A stretch of DNA of 64,000 bases from Catajapyx aquilonaris (Eukaryota): the NCBI GenBank assembly GCA_000934665.2, contig KZ538010.1, positions 62,001 to 126,000 of the forward strand, given 5' to 3'. Within the stretch, counting starts at the first letter, position 1. Each line of letters opens with the position of its first letter. Below, piece after piece: positions 1 through 13,500 of the stretch. The position numbers were made by a program, and so were the translations under genes. Below the pieces are notes generated by a model, which was not told where the DNA came from, did no database searches, and was given only the letters and a program-made list of their open reading frames with translations.

Positions 1-58
1 GTTAATCACGCTAAAAATGGAGGAAATATTCTAGCCTCTTTCTTGTAATACCCAACAG

Positions 59-1025
<967 letters not shown>

Positions 1026-1026
1026 T

Positions 1027-1062
1027 GCCACCTCTCGCTTTATTTTAGAAGCGAGAGGTGGC
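1027..1062 (+). other. Perfect 14-bp RNA hairpin starting 7 nt after the Sec UGA
   Basis: GCCACCTCTCGCTT (1027-1040), loop TATTTTAG, then AAGCGAGAGGTGGC (1049-1062), its exact reverse complement. Confidence 0.85.
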
Positions 1063-1473
1063 GGACAAGACTGATTGTTTCTAAACACTTGGTTTAAGCT
1101 GCCTTGGTTTTTCATTCTGGATGTTGCCTCAATAGATACTCTCTCTCTCTCTCTCAAACTTGTAGTTTCCCTCGCCACAAGTGTAGAACAGCAAAAGCAG
1201 CACCCTTTCATTTGCTGATCTAAGTTAAAATCATGGGAAGTACTGCCTACTGCTGTCAAAATTAAACTGGATATGTAAATTGCAGGAATGCTGCTTTTAC
1301 TCCTTTAAAACTAATCTGTATATTAGCTGCAGGTTTCTCATTCATAACAGCTCATGAAAATTCTGGAAATGATAGCTATAGTATAACATAGTCAGTTATG
1401 ATAGATCAAAATACTTAACTAATGCGACAGGCGGAGTTTAAAAAACCAGGGCAGCCCAAACCAAGTTGTGCGA

Positions 1474-1518
1474 ATGACGTCCAGCCTGTAAACTTGTTAA
1501 AAGGGAGGCTGGACTGAA
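1474..1518 (+). promoter_or_regulatory. SECIS element (type 2-like) in the TXNRD2 3' UTR
   Basis: ATGA(1474-1477)-C-GTCCAGCCT helix, unpaired AAA, CTT/AAG mini-stem, AGGCTGGAC, then TGA(1515-1517). This is the AUGA..AA..GA kink-turn layout. AATAAA follows at 1526-1531. Confidence 0.9.
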
Positions 1519-1583
1519 GTATAGGAATAAATCAAGTCTTAATATTGTACATAATATTATTGAAAATTAAAAATGTGGTACAA

Positions 1584-3804
1584 TCACCACCAGACATCTG
1601 TCATTTCTTCAGGGCACCCAAACCAATACTGGGGGGAAGGCAATGGATACCTCTCATCAATCATGACCACAGCATCATTGAACCTCCAGAATGCCTTTCC
1701 CTTGAAAAAGTATGTCTGCCCATCAGTCCAACGCATGGCTGCATCCAAATCACTGGGAACGCCTCGCCACAAGTCCATGCTTTTGGGGTATCCTTCGTCC
1801 AGGCGGGTCTCGTTTTCCAAGTAGCGCCAGTAGCGATCACCACTGTAAGTCAGTTTTATTTCATTGACATATTCTGAAGGCTATCCAGCTAGATGCAACA
1901 GGCAATATTCATCAACCAGTCTCACCTGTAGAGGTATGTCTTTCCATTTTTGCCCCAAACCAGAGCTGCATCAACATGGTCTACATCATTAGGAATTCCA
2001 TATTCAGTGATGGGCCTAGGGCTGTCTAGAAACTTGTCACCATCTGACACCCAGAAATAGCTCCCAACAAAAAAGATGATGCTTCCATCTGTAGGACGTT
2101 CATAGACAGCATCAATTCGGTCTACCCACTCTGGGAATCCTGGAAACATGCGACGGAGACTCACTGGATAGCCATATTCTACCAGGCCACGGCGGCTTAA
2201 CCTCCACACAAACTGTACGGGAGAAAATACATGAATCATAAGGTATATTATGGTAATTTATCAAGTGTAGCTACCTGTCCTTTGAACACAAATAGCTCTC
2301 CTCTAAGAACAGACATGGCAGTGTAGTTTCCTGCACAAACATCAGGCGGCATAGGAGTTGTTCTGCCTTTCTCACGGTGACCATCAACAGTGTCAAAGTC
2401 TCCTTCATATGTTGGATCTATTGTCTCTCTGGATTTCTCATCATCATCCTCTTCTGGATGATATGGAGGTGACGGTGGTGGTGGTGGATCTTCTGGTGGC
2501 GATGGGGGAGATTCACCAGGAGATTCTGGCGGATCTTCCGAGGGATATTCTGGGGGGTCTTCCTGGGGATCTTCTGGTGGCGACTGGGGAGGTGAACTTG
2601 GGGGTGATGCTGGTGGCGCTGGTGCTTTGTCATGATCATCTGTGTTGTCTGAGGTATCTTCATCTTGCAGAGGCTTTGTTACTGTGAAAAGAAGCTTGTT
2701 TATAATACAATAAAATATGTCGCAAAGTATCACTCAACTGTAGAGTTGATACATGGCCATGATGTCATCATAATCAAGGCGCATGTAAGGTGAGTACCCC
2801 TTGTAATATGGAAACATGACTGAAGCAGGGACAGGAGAGTGGGACAAGCCCAGACTGTGCCCAAGCTCATGAGTTGCTACAGTGAAGAAATCAACTCCAT
2901 CACTGGTGTCGGGTGGCTTAAAAGCCCACTCTTCATCATCATCAAAGTGGATGTCCCCACCATACTGATCCATCTCATATGGGAAGTATGCATGGGCCAG
3001 AATGCCATTGGGGCCATCAAATGGGTAGCCATCTCCATGATAATGGCGACCAAAAGCCACCACAATGTCAGCAGCAGGGTCGTGAACCGGCTGGAAGCTC
3101 AGACGTGAGTATCCACTCCACATGTCGAATGCTTTACTCAATTCTTGGAACACAGGTTCATGACCCCCTAATTTTGGAGACCAGTTTGCCAAGCTGAAAT
3201 CAGCAAGGAATGATCATTTGTGCAATAAGTTTATGTATGCATACATTCTTGGAGTGGCCATTCATTTTACGAGCCCAGACAACAATATTATACTCTTTCT
3301 CCCATTCATGAATACAGGCCAATTCAAAATCACCCCACTGAAACACTCGATGATGTGGTACAAGTATGTTATCCTGCGTTTCTGCCATCCATCTGAGCCA
3401 ATCACGTATCTCTTCCGCCGAGTAGTATATGAATCATTTCCTCTTCGTACATCTGGAACTCCACACCTAGGAGTGGCCATCAGCTGAAGAGTTGCATTGT
3501 CAATTTCTCCAGTCTCTGGTATGGCCCCAAAGTGCTGCATGGTTTGAATGGCACTGCGCACTGCAGATTCCTTGTACAGAGCATCCGCATCAGGGGGTCC
3601 ATCTTTGAGGTAACCAAAACGCTTCAGAAATCTAAGTGTCTGACACAAGTGATTTAGTGTGCTTCCACTGAATTGCTACTTAAAGAAGAAGAAGAAAATT
3701 ACCTCTGCATTCGGAATATTTTGTTGCGCAAGGTTCAACACCGGTGCGGCTCTGCATCCAAACCAGCACACAACCAATGAAGCGAAGGCAATCCTGGTCA
3801 CCAT
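1584..3804 (-). CDS. Matrix metalloproteinase (Mmp2/MT-MMP-like) with hemopexin domain
   Basis: Signal-peptide exon 3703-3804 (MVTRIAFASLVVCWFG...), cysteine switch PRCGVPD, furin site RRKR, zinc motif HELGHSLGLSH with Met-turn, Pro/acidic hinge, and hemopexin repeats ending WFGC. Confidence 0.93.
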
Positions 3805-4602
3805 GTTTGCTTCTCACAGATATTGTCCTTGATGAAGGGATGGGGTAGCGGGAGCAAGGGAGCAAAAAGATATGGGGGCAAAGGCCAAGTAGGAAACTAG
3901 AACACTTGGCCCCCTTCTCTCCCTCTCTTGACAGTCACCTCATAAGTCTTCAACAGTTTTTGTTGGGCCTCTCTTATTCTCTTTTTTTGTTACTACATAA
4001 GCTGTGGTCTGCTAGCCACAAATATCCTTCCACTCACCAGAAGGTTGAATGTAAGAGGTGGCACAGGAAATGAGCTGTACGAAGTAAGTAATAGCAGGAA
4101 ATTATGACAACATTTTGAAAAACCCTGAAATAAGCAAGATTTGCAAGAAAATGCATAATCTTCGAAGGGATCTATTTTCCGGATAAACAAGCCGTTAGGT
4201 GGTCAGGAGGATACAACGCACACTCATACCATTCTAGAAAGTGAAGTTTGCACCGCATCTTTTTAATACATAATATTCGATATACAAATACTGTTTAAAC
4301 AATGACAATGTACAGGTGATAAGATGTCATGTTAGGAGTATGTACAAATAGGTATAAATATGAATCAAAGATGAGGTATTGTTTCTGAGAATTTAAACAT
4401 GTGGAAGACAGGTTTTCCCATACAGGAAGCACTGTCAAAAGCCCAAGTTCTCAAACAAAAATTCTATCATTTATCATGCATTACGCTAACGAATTGAAGA
4501 AAAATAAGAGAAAATTTTACTCTCCCACCTGGACACGCACACTTATCATAAAACTCTAAGATGACTTAATGATGCTATGATTAAGTCACTGAGATGAAGA
4601 GA

Positions 4603-6873
4603 TCAATGGTAGTAGGCTTCAATGCATTCTCCTCCTTCCAGGTCTAGTTCCTCAGGGGTGTCAGAAGGCTGCAGTTCTTCCCCATCAAACTTGAATGTCA
4701 GAGATTCCAAGGGGACTTTCATCTCATCGGCATACTTTTGCATCAGGATGCTCATAGAGTCTGTCTTTCGAACCTTAATAAGGGTGGCCCTTTTTTGAGT
4801 CTTGGACTGGACCTTCAGTTCAAGCCCATCGCTTCCAAGGTCCTCTGTTTCTGTAGGACCATCAGTCTTTTCTGGTTCATCGATGCCTCCCTCTGTTAAG
4901 AAAAGTACATCACTGTAATTTCAGATAATCTGTGACACACTTGGCTTGAAGTACTGAACATCCAGCTAAATGCTGAAGGTCCTTGGCTTACAAAAGTATG
5001 AGTTTCACAACTCTGCTCTAGAAGTTCAGTGTACAAAATCATCACAATCCTGATCTTACCGAGTATGTCTGCAATGGTGATGCCCAGTCCTTCTGGAGTA
5101 TCACTATGGCCTACTCTCCGATTATCATGGAATATCATGACAGATGATATGGGCTTGTCAGCCTGTTTGGCCAGCTCTTCAAACATTCTGTAGAGCTTCT
5201 CACTCTGTGTAAATGAGAGAAAACAATTATTGTCATATGCGTGAACTGTCACAGAAAGGTCAATTCCAAAAGGAGCACAATAGAAGGCAGTCACATATTC
5301 ATGGCCAAACACTCTCTGTGGCATTTTGCTGGAAGTTCTGTTTTTGTAGTTCATTGCGTCCTAATTGAGATGCCCTATTATAGAAACTGCTATGTTCGAC
5401 CCCCTGAGAGTAATTGGGCTCCTTAATCGGATGCAAAAAGCTTCAATCAAACAACTACTTCCCGTGATATAAGTGATAACCAAAAACAACTCAAGAAACT
5501 TGGAGCATCTCGTGTAAGCAATGAAGTGCCGCTGCTTAGTATGTGCCATTACCTGATTGCATAATGCTTACCTTCTTGAGGCAGATCCGCACAATATTTT
5601 CACGGAACCTGACCTTCACAGGAACTTCTACATCGGGATCTTCTTCTGGCACAACAACAACATCGTCAATTAATGGTAAAGGTGTAACCTGGAGCATGAA
5701 GAGTTATTCAAAGTATAAAATTGATTTCATGTGAACAATAATTAACTGTAAATCTTCTCATACTTCATTTTTGTGTTTGTCCTGGAGCAGCTTGAGGCGA
5801 TAGGCATTGTCAGATGCCTTAAACCTCTCCAAGTCATCTTCCAACATTGCCGCCTCTTGCTCTTCCATGAGCTGCTTCTCTTTTTTGCTGAGCCTTCCTC
5901 GCTTTTTACGCTTAGGAGGCCAAAATGTTGGTAGTGTACCATTATTGTAGCTTGGTTCATCCACAAGGCTGCAAGAGAAGTGTTCATTAAAATTATTGCC
6001 TGATATTTTAGCACATGCATATGACACAACAGTAGACATAGCACTAGAAAACAACTGCAGCATTAGGCTTGAAATGGTCCCCTCAAGTATCTGGGCTTTT
6101 TTTCTGTCACGACACTGGAGACTCCTGCATCAAAATTATATTTTTGAAAAAGAGGGTAGTCCACGCATAAATTACCTTCTCCTCTACTCCCCCATGCAGA
6201 GCCCCTGACTTAATTTTAAAAAAGAATTAAAACTACAAACCTCCCTATCGCATCAACATCCACCACATCAGCTCCGGCAACCTTGGTTTCTTTCTCCCTA
6301 CCCCTCTTGCGACCTTTGACAGTCTTGTTCGCAGTCTTGTTATTTTTCTCCACTGGCACTGGGGCGGCGGCAAAGAAGTCAAAGTCATCATCTTCTACAT
6401 CACTGCTTACTGTCACTGGTACACAGCCACCAAGACCCTCTGGAATATGAAATATAATCATTTTAATAGCATGGGAACACATTTTGATTAAAAATTATTA
6501 GATGGGCTCTTAATATAATTTTTTCAGGAGATGATCAGTAAAAAACACATAATGACATCGTGTTACTGAAGTGTAAGGGATGAACCTACTGTCGAATCAG
6601 GGGATGCTCTCATGTTTTGACATGAATGATTCTCTTGTTGTGCTTTTAAAAAAACCACAGTATTCCAAGTGGCCCATTTTTCGTCTTATTTTTATCCCGT
6701 CATTGTGCGTGTTTTCCGAATTCCAAGTACCCGTCACACTCCTACTAACTTGCAATAGATTCCGCTGCTCCCGTGTAGAAGTTGTCATCGTCCGAGTCCG
6801 AGTCCTCATCTTCTTCCGGACGAGGGTTTGGTGCTTCCCCTTCCGCGGCCGAGGTTCCCGCCTCGTCCGACAT
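4603..6873 (-). CDS. NFATC2IP: NFATC2-interacting protein / Rad60-Esc2-like protein with two SUMO-like domains
   Basis: Acidic N-terminus (MSDEAGTS...DSDSDDD). Two C-terminal ubiquitin/SUMO-like folds: ...IFHDNRRVGHSDTPEGLGITIADIL and ...LTFKFDGEELQPSDTPEELDLEGGECIEAYYH*. Multi-exon; internal exon boundaries are only partly resolved. Confidence 0.75.
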
Positions 6874-7237
6874 GTCCACTGCCCACCGACGGAAGAAATA
6901 ATGCTCAACAATGTCAGGCGAACGACGTTCGGCGTAACAAACCGGCAACACAAGTTTCCATAGAATCTACCACAATGAAACTAATTCCAACCATACCCGC
7001 TAGGTGGACACTGGTGCCAACCTTCGACAAACGAAACAGACGCAGCGAGAAGGCACTCTCGAAATGTGCTCGGAATAAATCGTCTTGGTTTTATTTGCTG
7101 ATTTGTTTATCAAAATTGTAGAACTGTTTTCATCGTGGTTTCCAACCATGATTATGTTGGCACCACTGCATTGTCATTGGAGCTCTTGAAGAGGACAAGA
7201 GGTGAAAAAGCGGCTGCACCGCGTGACCTGCCGAGCG

Positions 7238-8240
7238 ATGTCCGTCGCTGTGGACGTGGAGGACTTCCGAGGGGTGTACCTGCTGTACTGCACCAATCCA
7301 AAGTACAAGGGTCGCACATACATCGGGTTCACGGTGGATCCCAACCGGCGGATCAAGCAGCACAACAATGGACGGGAGGCGGGGGGAGCCTGCAGGACCA
7401 GCAACAAAGGACCATGGTACTATGATAAAAAGGGGGGGATTCAGAAAACCCAATGGCAATGGTGCGTTTATGCATTCAATGTTCTTCATTTGCAGGGATA
7501 TGGTTCTGATTGTTCATGGCTTCCCCAACGAGAAATCTGCACTGCGGGTAAGGTTTACGCAGCATCAAGGATAATTTCAGTGTGACAAAGTAGCGTTTCC
7601 TTACAGTTTGAATGGGCCTGGCAACATCCTCACAGGTCCAGACGACTGCAGCATGTGGCGAAGAAACGCACTTCAGAAACTCGATTCAAATTCTGCTTTC
7701 GGGTTCTCACGGAAATGCTGTGGGTAGGGCCTTGGTTTCAGATGCCCCTCACTATCCGATGGCTCAAACCAGAATATGCAATCGACTTTCCGGTAAGTAT
7801 TAACACCAGCAGGGTGTATTTTGCAGCCGTATCTCCTAACCCTAAAGAACAAGAACGTCAGTGTCTGATAGTTAACTCAATTTCAGGTGAATATGCAGCC
7901 CCCGATTCATATGCCCATTGCACAAGGAACTGTGAAGAGAAAGAAGATTTTACCAGCTGATGGTGGTCATGGAGAAGATACATCTTTTATTTGTGGATTG
8001 TGCCATCTGAGAATCAACCCTGAAGAAAAAATGGAGTGCATCTACCCAATGTGTAATTTTAAATCCCACATAACATGCCTGGCAAAGCAGTTTCTCAAGA
8101 ACACTTCATCCTTAATTCCAGTATTGGGGAATTGTCCCGCTTGCAAGGCAGAGACGCTGTGGGGTGACTTGATTTTGAAGAAAAAAGGTGGCTACAGAGA
8201 TATGAACGTGGAACGTGGGTGTGTGGACAGTAAATCATGA
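7238..8240 (+). CDS. SLX1: Structure-specific endonuclease subunit SLX1 (GIY-YIG plus C-terminal RING-like domain)
   Basis: GVYLL...[40 protein letters not shown] across GT-AG introns, and a C-terminal CxxC..CxxPxC..HxxC..CPxC..LWGDL motif. Confidence 0.93.
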
Positions 8241-8679
8241 CAAACAGTATGAGGGGGTTTTGCTTGTACTTGGTTAACCATAACGACTAAAATATATGAA
8301 CGGTTCTGTAAAGTTTTTGTAATAAATAATAAAAGTGGCAAACCGAGTATAACGGAGGAAATGAACTGAAGCTGTTATGAAAGATGGCTGTGAATAACAA
8401 CAGGTTGATATGAAAATGTCTTAACAAGAATTAGTGACATTTATGTTGGATGCACATGACTCAATATCTGCAGCATGATGTGCTTTTTATGAGCATGTTG
8501 CCCAGTACCGGATGGGGGGAGGGCAACTGACAGACAGGCGTCGGAATGCGCCCTCTAAAATGGCGGTTTGCCTGGCGTGGGGCAAGGGCCAAACGGACGG
8601 GATTTTGGTGACATTTGGCGGCTTTGCCCCTGCAGGGGGAAGTGCATCGCCTGACTAGAGGGTGACGGGACAGGCCGTG

Positions 8680-10283
8680 ATGCCGCTGACCGTGCAGGAC
8701 TGCGAGGATGACGAGGGTTACGTGCTGGTGGCCAAGACGGACAACGCCAGGCACATCTCCACCATACTCAGGACCATCAATTTCTCACATGTCAGGTTCA
8801 GTTCCTAGGTTGCTTCCCTTTCCACAAGGGCCTGCAGAATACTGCGGTAGCCGGTAATCCTGAATAGGCCTACAGTATTTTTTGCAGTTACCTTGATGTA
8901 CGTACATTAGTCTTGAAATGCAACAAAGAACCTTCTCGTTTCACAGCAACAAGCAACATGTGTCGTAACATCAAGTGGGATTAAGTTCATTGTGGAAGAA
9001 TCAAAATGTGTGCAGGCCACTGCCTTCCTTCAGAAAGAGCTGTTCGAGGTAGTTACATGTATTGAATTGTAAGCTTCAAAATCTGACTCTTTCTTTTCAT
9101 GCAGGAGTATTATGCGAAGGAGAACTACGACACGTTTGGTGTAAATTTGTCAGTAATGTTGGAATGCCTCACCATGTTGAGCACTGGTGCCAATTATTCG
9201 CCCATCCTGAAGATGACCTACAAAGGGCAAGGAAATCCTTTGACCCTGATGTTGGAGGATGACGGAGTTCTGATCGATTGCAACATCAAGACTATTGAAA
9301 CTGCAGAGATGTTGGATTTCAACTTTGCAGCAGCCAATATCATAAGCAGGATTATTGTTAAGGGAGAATTTTTCAGGGATACCTTTAGTGACCTTGACCC
9401 CAGTTCAGACACCCTGCAAATTTGCCTCTCACCAGATTCCAACAACTTGGTGCTTATCACAAACGGCTATTCAGGAGCGACCGAGGTGAGTGTCATGAGG
9501 AAGGGTTATCAGGATTCTTGGTGAGCTGTATCTCTTGTAAACGATACATTTGGAAATAGAGAGATATACTCGTATATTGCAACTATATTGCTATGATAGC
9601 ATTCATAAATCACTAGGTGTATTACTAATTTGTTTCAAGTTACAGTGACTTCTTGAAGACCTTGTTACATGTTGAGACAAATGTTTGAATGCCTAGGACA
9701 CATCTGGTAAAAAAAGGCTAGAAAATAAATAGTAGTGGGACATTTTTGTAAGCATGCAGTTCAGTTTGTCACAAAAAAATTGAAACATTTCTTGCATCAT
9801 TCTCACATGATTGTGTAATATCATTGCTGGTGTTCTCATTGCAGAGTGTTTTAATTGGCATTGTTCTTTTGCTATTCTTTGATTCTTGCAGACTACCATT
9901 CCTGCTAACAGTGAACTGATAGTGAGCTTCACATGCAGCAAGGAAAGCAAAGAAATTTATAAGCTCAACTTCATCAAGCTGTCTGCCAAGGCTTTGGGAT
10001 TGGCCGAGAAAGTCTCTATACGAGTGGATGATCGGGGATTCATATGCTTACAGTACCTGATAAAATTAGCAGATGACCTCAACTCATTCGTGGAATTTTG
10101 TGTAAGTTGCCAAGCGGCTATTTGCAATCATACTGTCAGACCCCCATGGTTTGCTAATATAAATGATGTGCTGGTATCAGCAATTTGATGTAAATATTAA
10201 TTTGGTGACATAAATTTGTCATGCGTGTATTTCTGTCCTTACAGTGTGTACCACAAGAAGAAGAAACAGATGACATGACTTGA
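8680..10283 (+). CDS. RAD1: Cell-cycle checkpoint protein RAD1 (9-1-1 clamp subunit)
   Basis: LVAKTDNARHISTILRTINF, GIKFIVEESKCVQATAFLQKELFE, LSVMLECL, KALGLAEKVSIRVDDRGFICLQY, FVEF|CVPQEEE. Five exons with GT-AG boundaries. Confidence 0.92.
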
Positions 10284-10525
10284 CCAATGAGTTCTCACCA
10301 CAGAGTAACACAGGATGGTGTATTGCTTTATTTGTATCATAAAGAAACGGTCATAAATATGGCACAATTTGAAATCCTACATTCAGTACTTTGTGGAATT
10401 ACCTCCCCTTTATTTCTTATGAAAGTAAGATCCACATCAACAATAAAGACAGTCAGTGATCATAGGAGTTAACATTTTTGAAGTTTTTTTTTTTCTTTCT
10501 TTCTTTTAAAGTCTTACATCTGATT

Positions 10526-13500
10526 TTACACACTTCCATTGGGGTTGGAACCATCCTCATGCTTACTCTCAAGTGAAAATGGTGGGATTCTGCATTCAAA
10601 AGTGTAGCCATCTTCTCTCTCCAAGAAGAAAGTTCCCCTGAAGTTGAAAAGGCACACATTTTAAGTCTGTGCAGGCAAATATTTCATGTGACCTTGAAGC
10701 ACCAACTCACCACATGTGTCCAGAGGGTGCCTGAAGTGACACGTGACTGCTGTACTGAAAGGCAGGCTGTTGTTTGGAGAGCACTGGTTCTTGACCCACA
10801 ACACCCCTGCCTCGCACTGTCTCCAGTGTCCCTGAAAGGCTGAAGATCCTCCAGTGGCGTTCTCTGAGCTGGACACTCATGTCACTCAGGTTCTCCAGGC
10901 GGATGCAGTACCTCCACTGATGAAATCATGGAGAGCATAAAAATAGTATATCGAAAACTGTACTCATGCATCATCATGCAATAAATGTCTGACACTGCAT
11001 AGACAAGTTTTAAAAATGACTTGTCATACCCAGTAGACAGTATTGTTCTGTGATTCACGGCATCCCATGTAGAAGGGGATGACTGTCACTCGAATTCCAT
11101 CGGTGGTTTCCTTGTGCACGTCGGATAGTTCCAGCCATGGGTGGTTCTTCTCCTGCCAGGCACGGAGAGTTTCTCGTGCAGCAAATGGAGGATCTGTGGA
11201 ACAGTTGTAAGCCCACAGATTTGTCAAAATGGAATATGATCGGAAGTGTCTGCAGATCTATGTCAGGAAAAATTGCAACAACAAAATTTCATAAAGGTAA
11301 AATGGTACTCACAGTCACATTTTGGGAAATTAGTCAGATAAATATCATCATTCATATACAGAATTTACAGACACCATACTATGAACTAATTGGATCATCG
11401 CCTAGGTAGTAGTTACCATACATTTATTCACTTCTGTCCTGTAATTGTTGAACAGAGAAAGTAGTATAGCTCCCTGGTGGGCTTTGTCCACACAGTGATT
11501 CATTAGTCATACCAACATGCATGCAATACTACTTTCTCCCTGAGAGTGGCAGGAGTGTGCAGAGGGAGAGGCTAAGCACCAACTGGCAGTGGCCTATTGT
11601 AGTGTTGGACATAAATCGAGGCATATTGCTAGCGACATTTTCCTAAGCGGCAGAAGAAGGAATCGAAGATAAGGATACTGCAAGCCGGGAGAGCAAGATT
11701 CCTATTTCTGCAGCTTCGGAAAATGTCACTGGCAGTATGCCTAGATTAATGTCCAACACTGTACTATGACCAAGTTGGGGGGTGGGCCAAGCAGTGTTGC
11801 CAAAATTTGGCAATGGGTCCACTACTAGTGGATAATAATTCCCCTAGTATGTTAATCCTCCTCATGGATAATAATTCACAGGTGAATTATTATCCATGAG
11901 TAGAATTAACATGCTGGGTGATTTTATTTTCTTTAAATTATTTTTGTGTGTACCCCATTTATATCGGGCCATAGGACTTTTTTTTAGGGGAGTGGGATAC
12001 CACCATGTTTGGAACCTTATAATATGTGTATGTTACTTGTTCCAAGGGTAAGTAGGAGGGGATGTGCAACGTGCAAGTGCAATGTCGTTGATTGGTCATG
12101 TTGTGAACTCCCCGGGTGGATTAGTCTAGCGGAAATTTCCACCCGAGACGAAGCCAGAGATGACCCAACTCTGCACGATAAGGGGGAAACCCGGCTAGGT
12201 GAATATTATTAGCGATGAGGAGGATTAAAATGCTAGACCTAGCATTTATCTCTGGCTTCGTCTCGGGTGGAAATTTCTGCTAGACTAATCCACCCGGGGA
12301 GTTCACAAAATGACCAATCAACGACATTGCACTTGCACGTTGCACATCCCCTCCTACTTACCCTTGGAACAAGTAACATACACATATTATAAGGTTCCAA
12401 ACATGGTGGTATCCCACTCCCCTAAAAAAAAGTCCTATGGCCCGATATAAATGGGGTACACACAAAAATAATTTAAAAAAAATAAAATCACCTAGCATTT
12501 TAATCCTACTCATGGATAATAATTCACCTAGTGGTTTAATACTTTGGTTTAATCCTCATGGATAACAATTCACCTAGTGGTTTAATCCTTTGGTTTAATC
12601 CTCATGGATAATAATTCACCTAGTGGTTTAATCCTCATGGATAATAATTCACCTAGTGGTTTAATCCTTTGGTTTAATCCTCATGGATAATAATTCACCT
12701 AGTGGTTTAATCCTTTGGTTTAATCCTCCCCACGGATGAAAATTCATCTAGCAGATTAATCCTCCTTATGGCTAATATAATTCACCTAGCATTTTAATCA
12801 TTCTCATGGATAATAATTCACATGGGGGTTTAATCCTTTGGTTTAATCCTCACGGATAATAATTCACCTAGCGATTTAAAATAATTCACCTAGCGATTTA
12901 ATCCTTTGGTTTAATCCTCCCCATGGATAACAATTCATCTAGCAGATTAATCCTCCTCATGGCTAATATAATTCACCTAGCATTTAAATCATTCTCATGG
13001 ATAATAATTCACATGGGGGATTAATCCTTTGGTTTAATCCTCACGGATAATAATTCACCTAGCGATTTAATCCATTGGTTTAATCCTCCTCACGGATAAT
13101 AATTCACCTAGCGATTTAATCCTGTGGTTTAATCCTCCCCATGGATAACAATTCATCTAGCAGATTAATCCTCCTCATGGCTAATGTAATTCACCTCGCA
13201 TTTTAATCATTCTCATGGATAATAATTCACCTAGCAGATTAATCCTTCCCATGGATAATAATTCATCTAGCAGATTAAACTTACTCATGGCTGATAATTC
13301 ACCTAGATTGCCTCTCTTCATGGATAATAATTCATTTAGTAGAAGGATACTCCTCCTCATATCCAGAATTTAATAGACGTGACTCCATCCCTAAACGCGT
13401 TGACTCATCTCCTAGTTCCTAGTGCACGTCGTTACCCTAGTTACCACAACGATCTTATGGTTATCACTTTCCCCGTTCAATAATGACAGGACACAACAGG

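Noticed and set aside
12490..13340. CRISPR-like appearance of the recurring ATGGATAATAATTCACCTAG core
   Set aside because: The intervening sequences are themselves repetitive rather than unique spacers, the context is a eukaryotic intron, and there are no cas genes.
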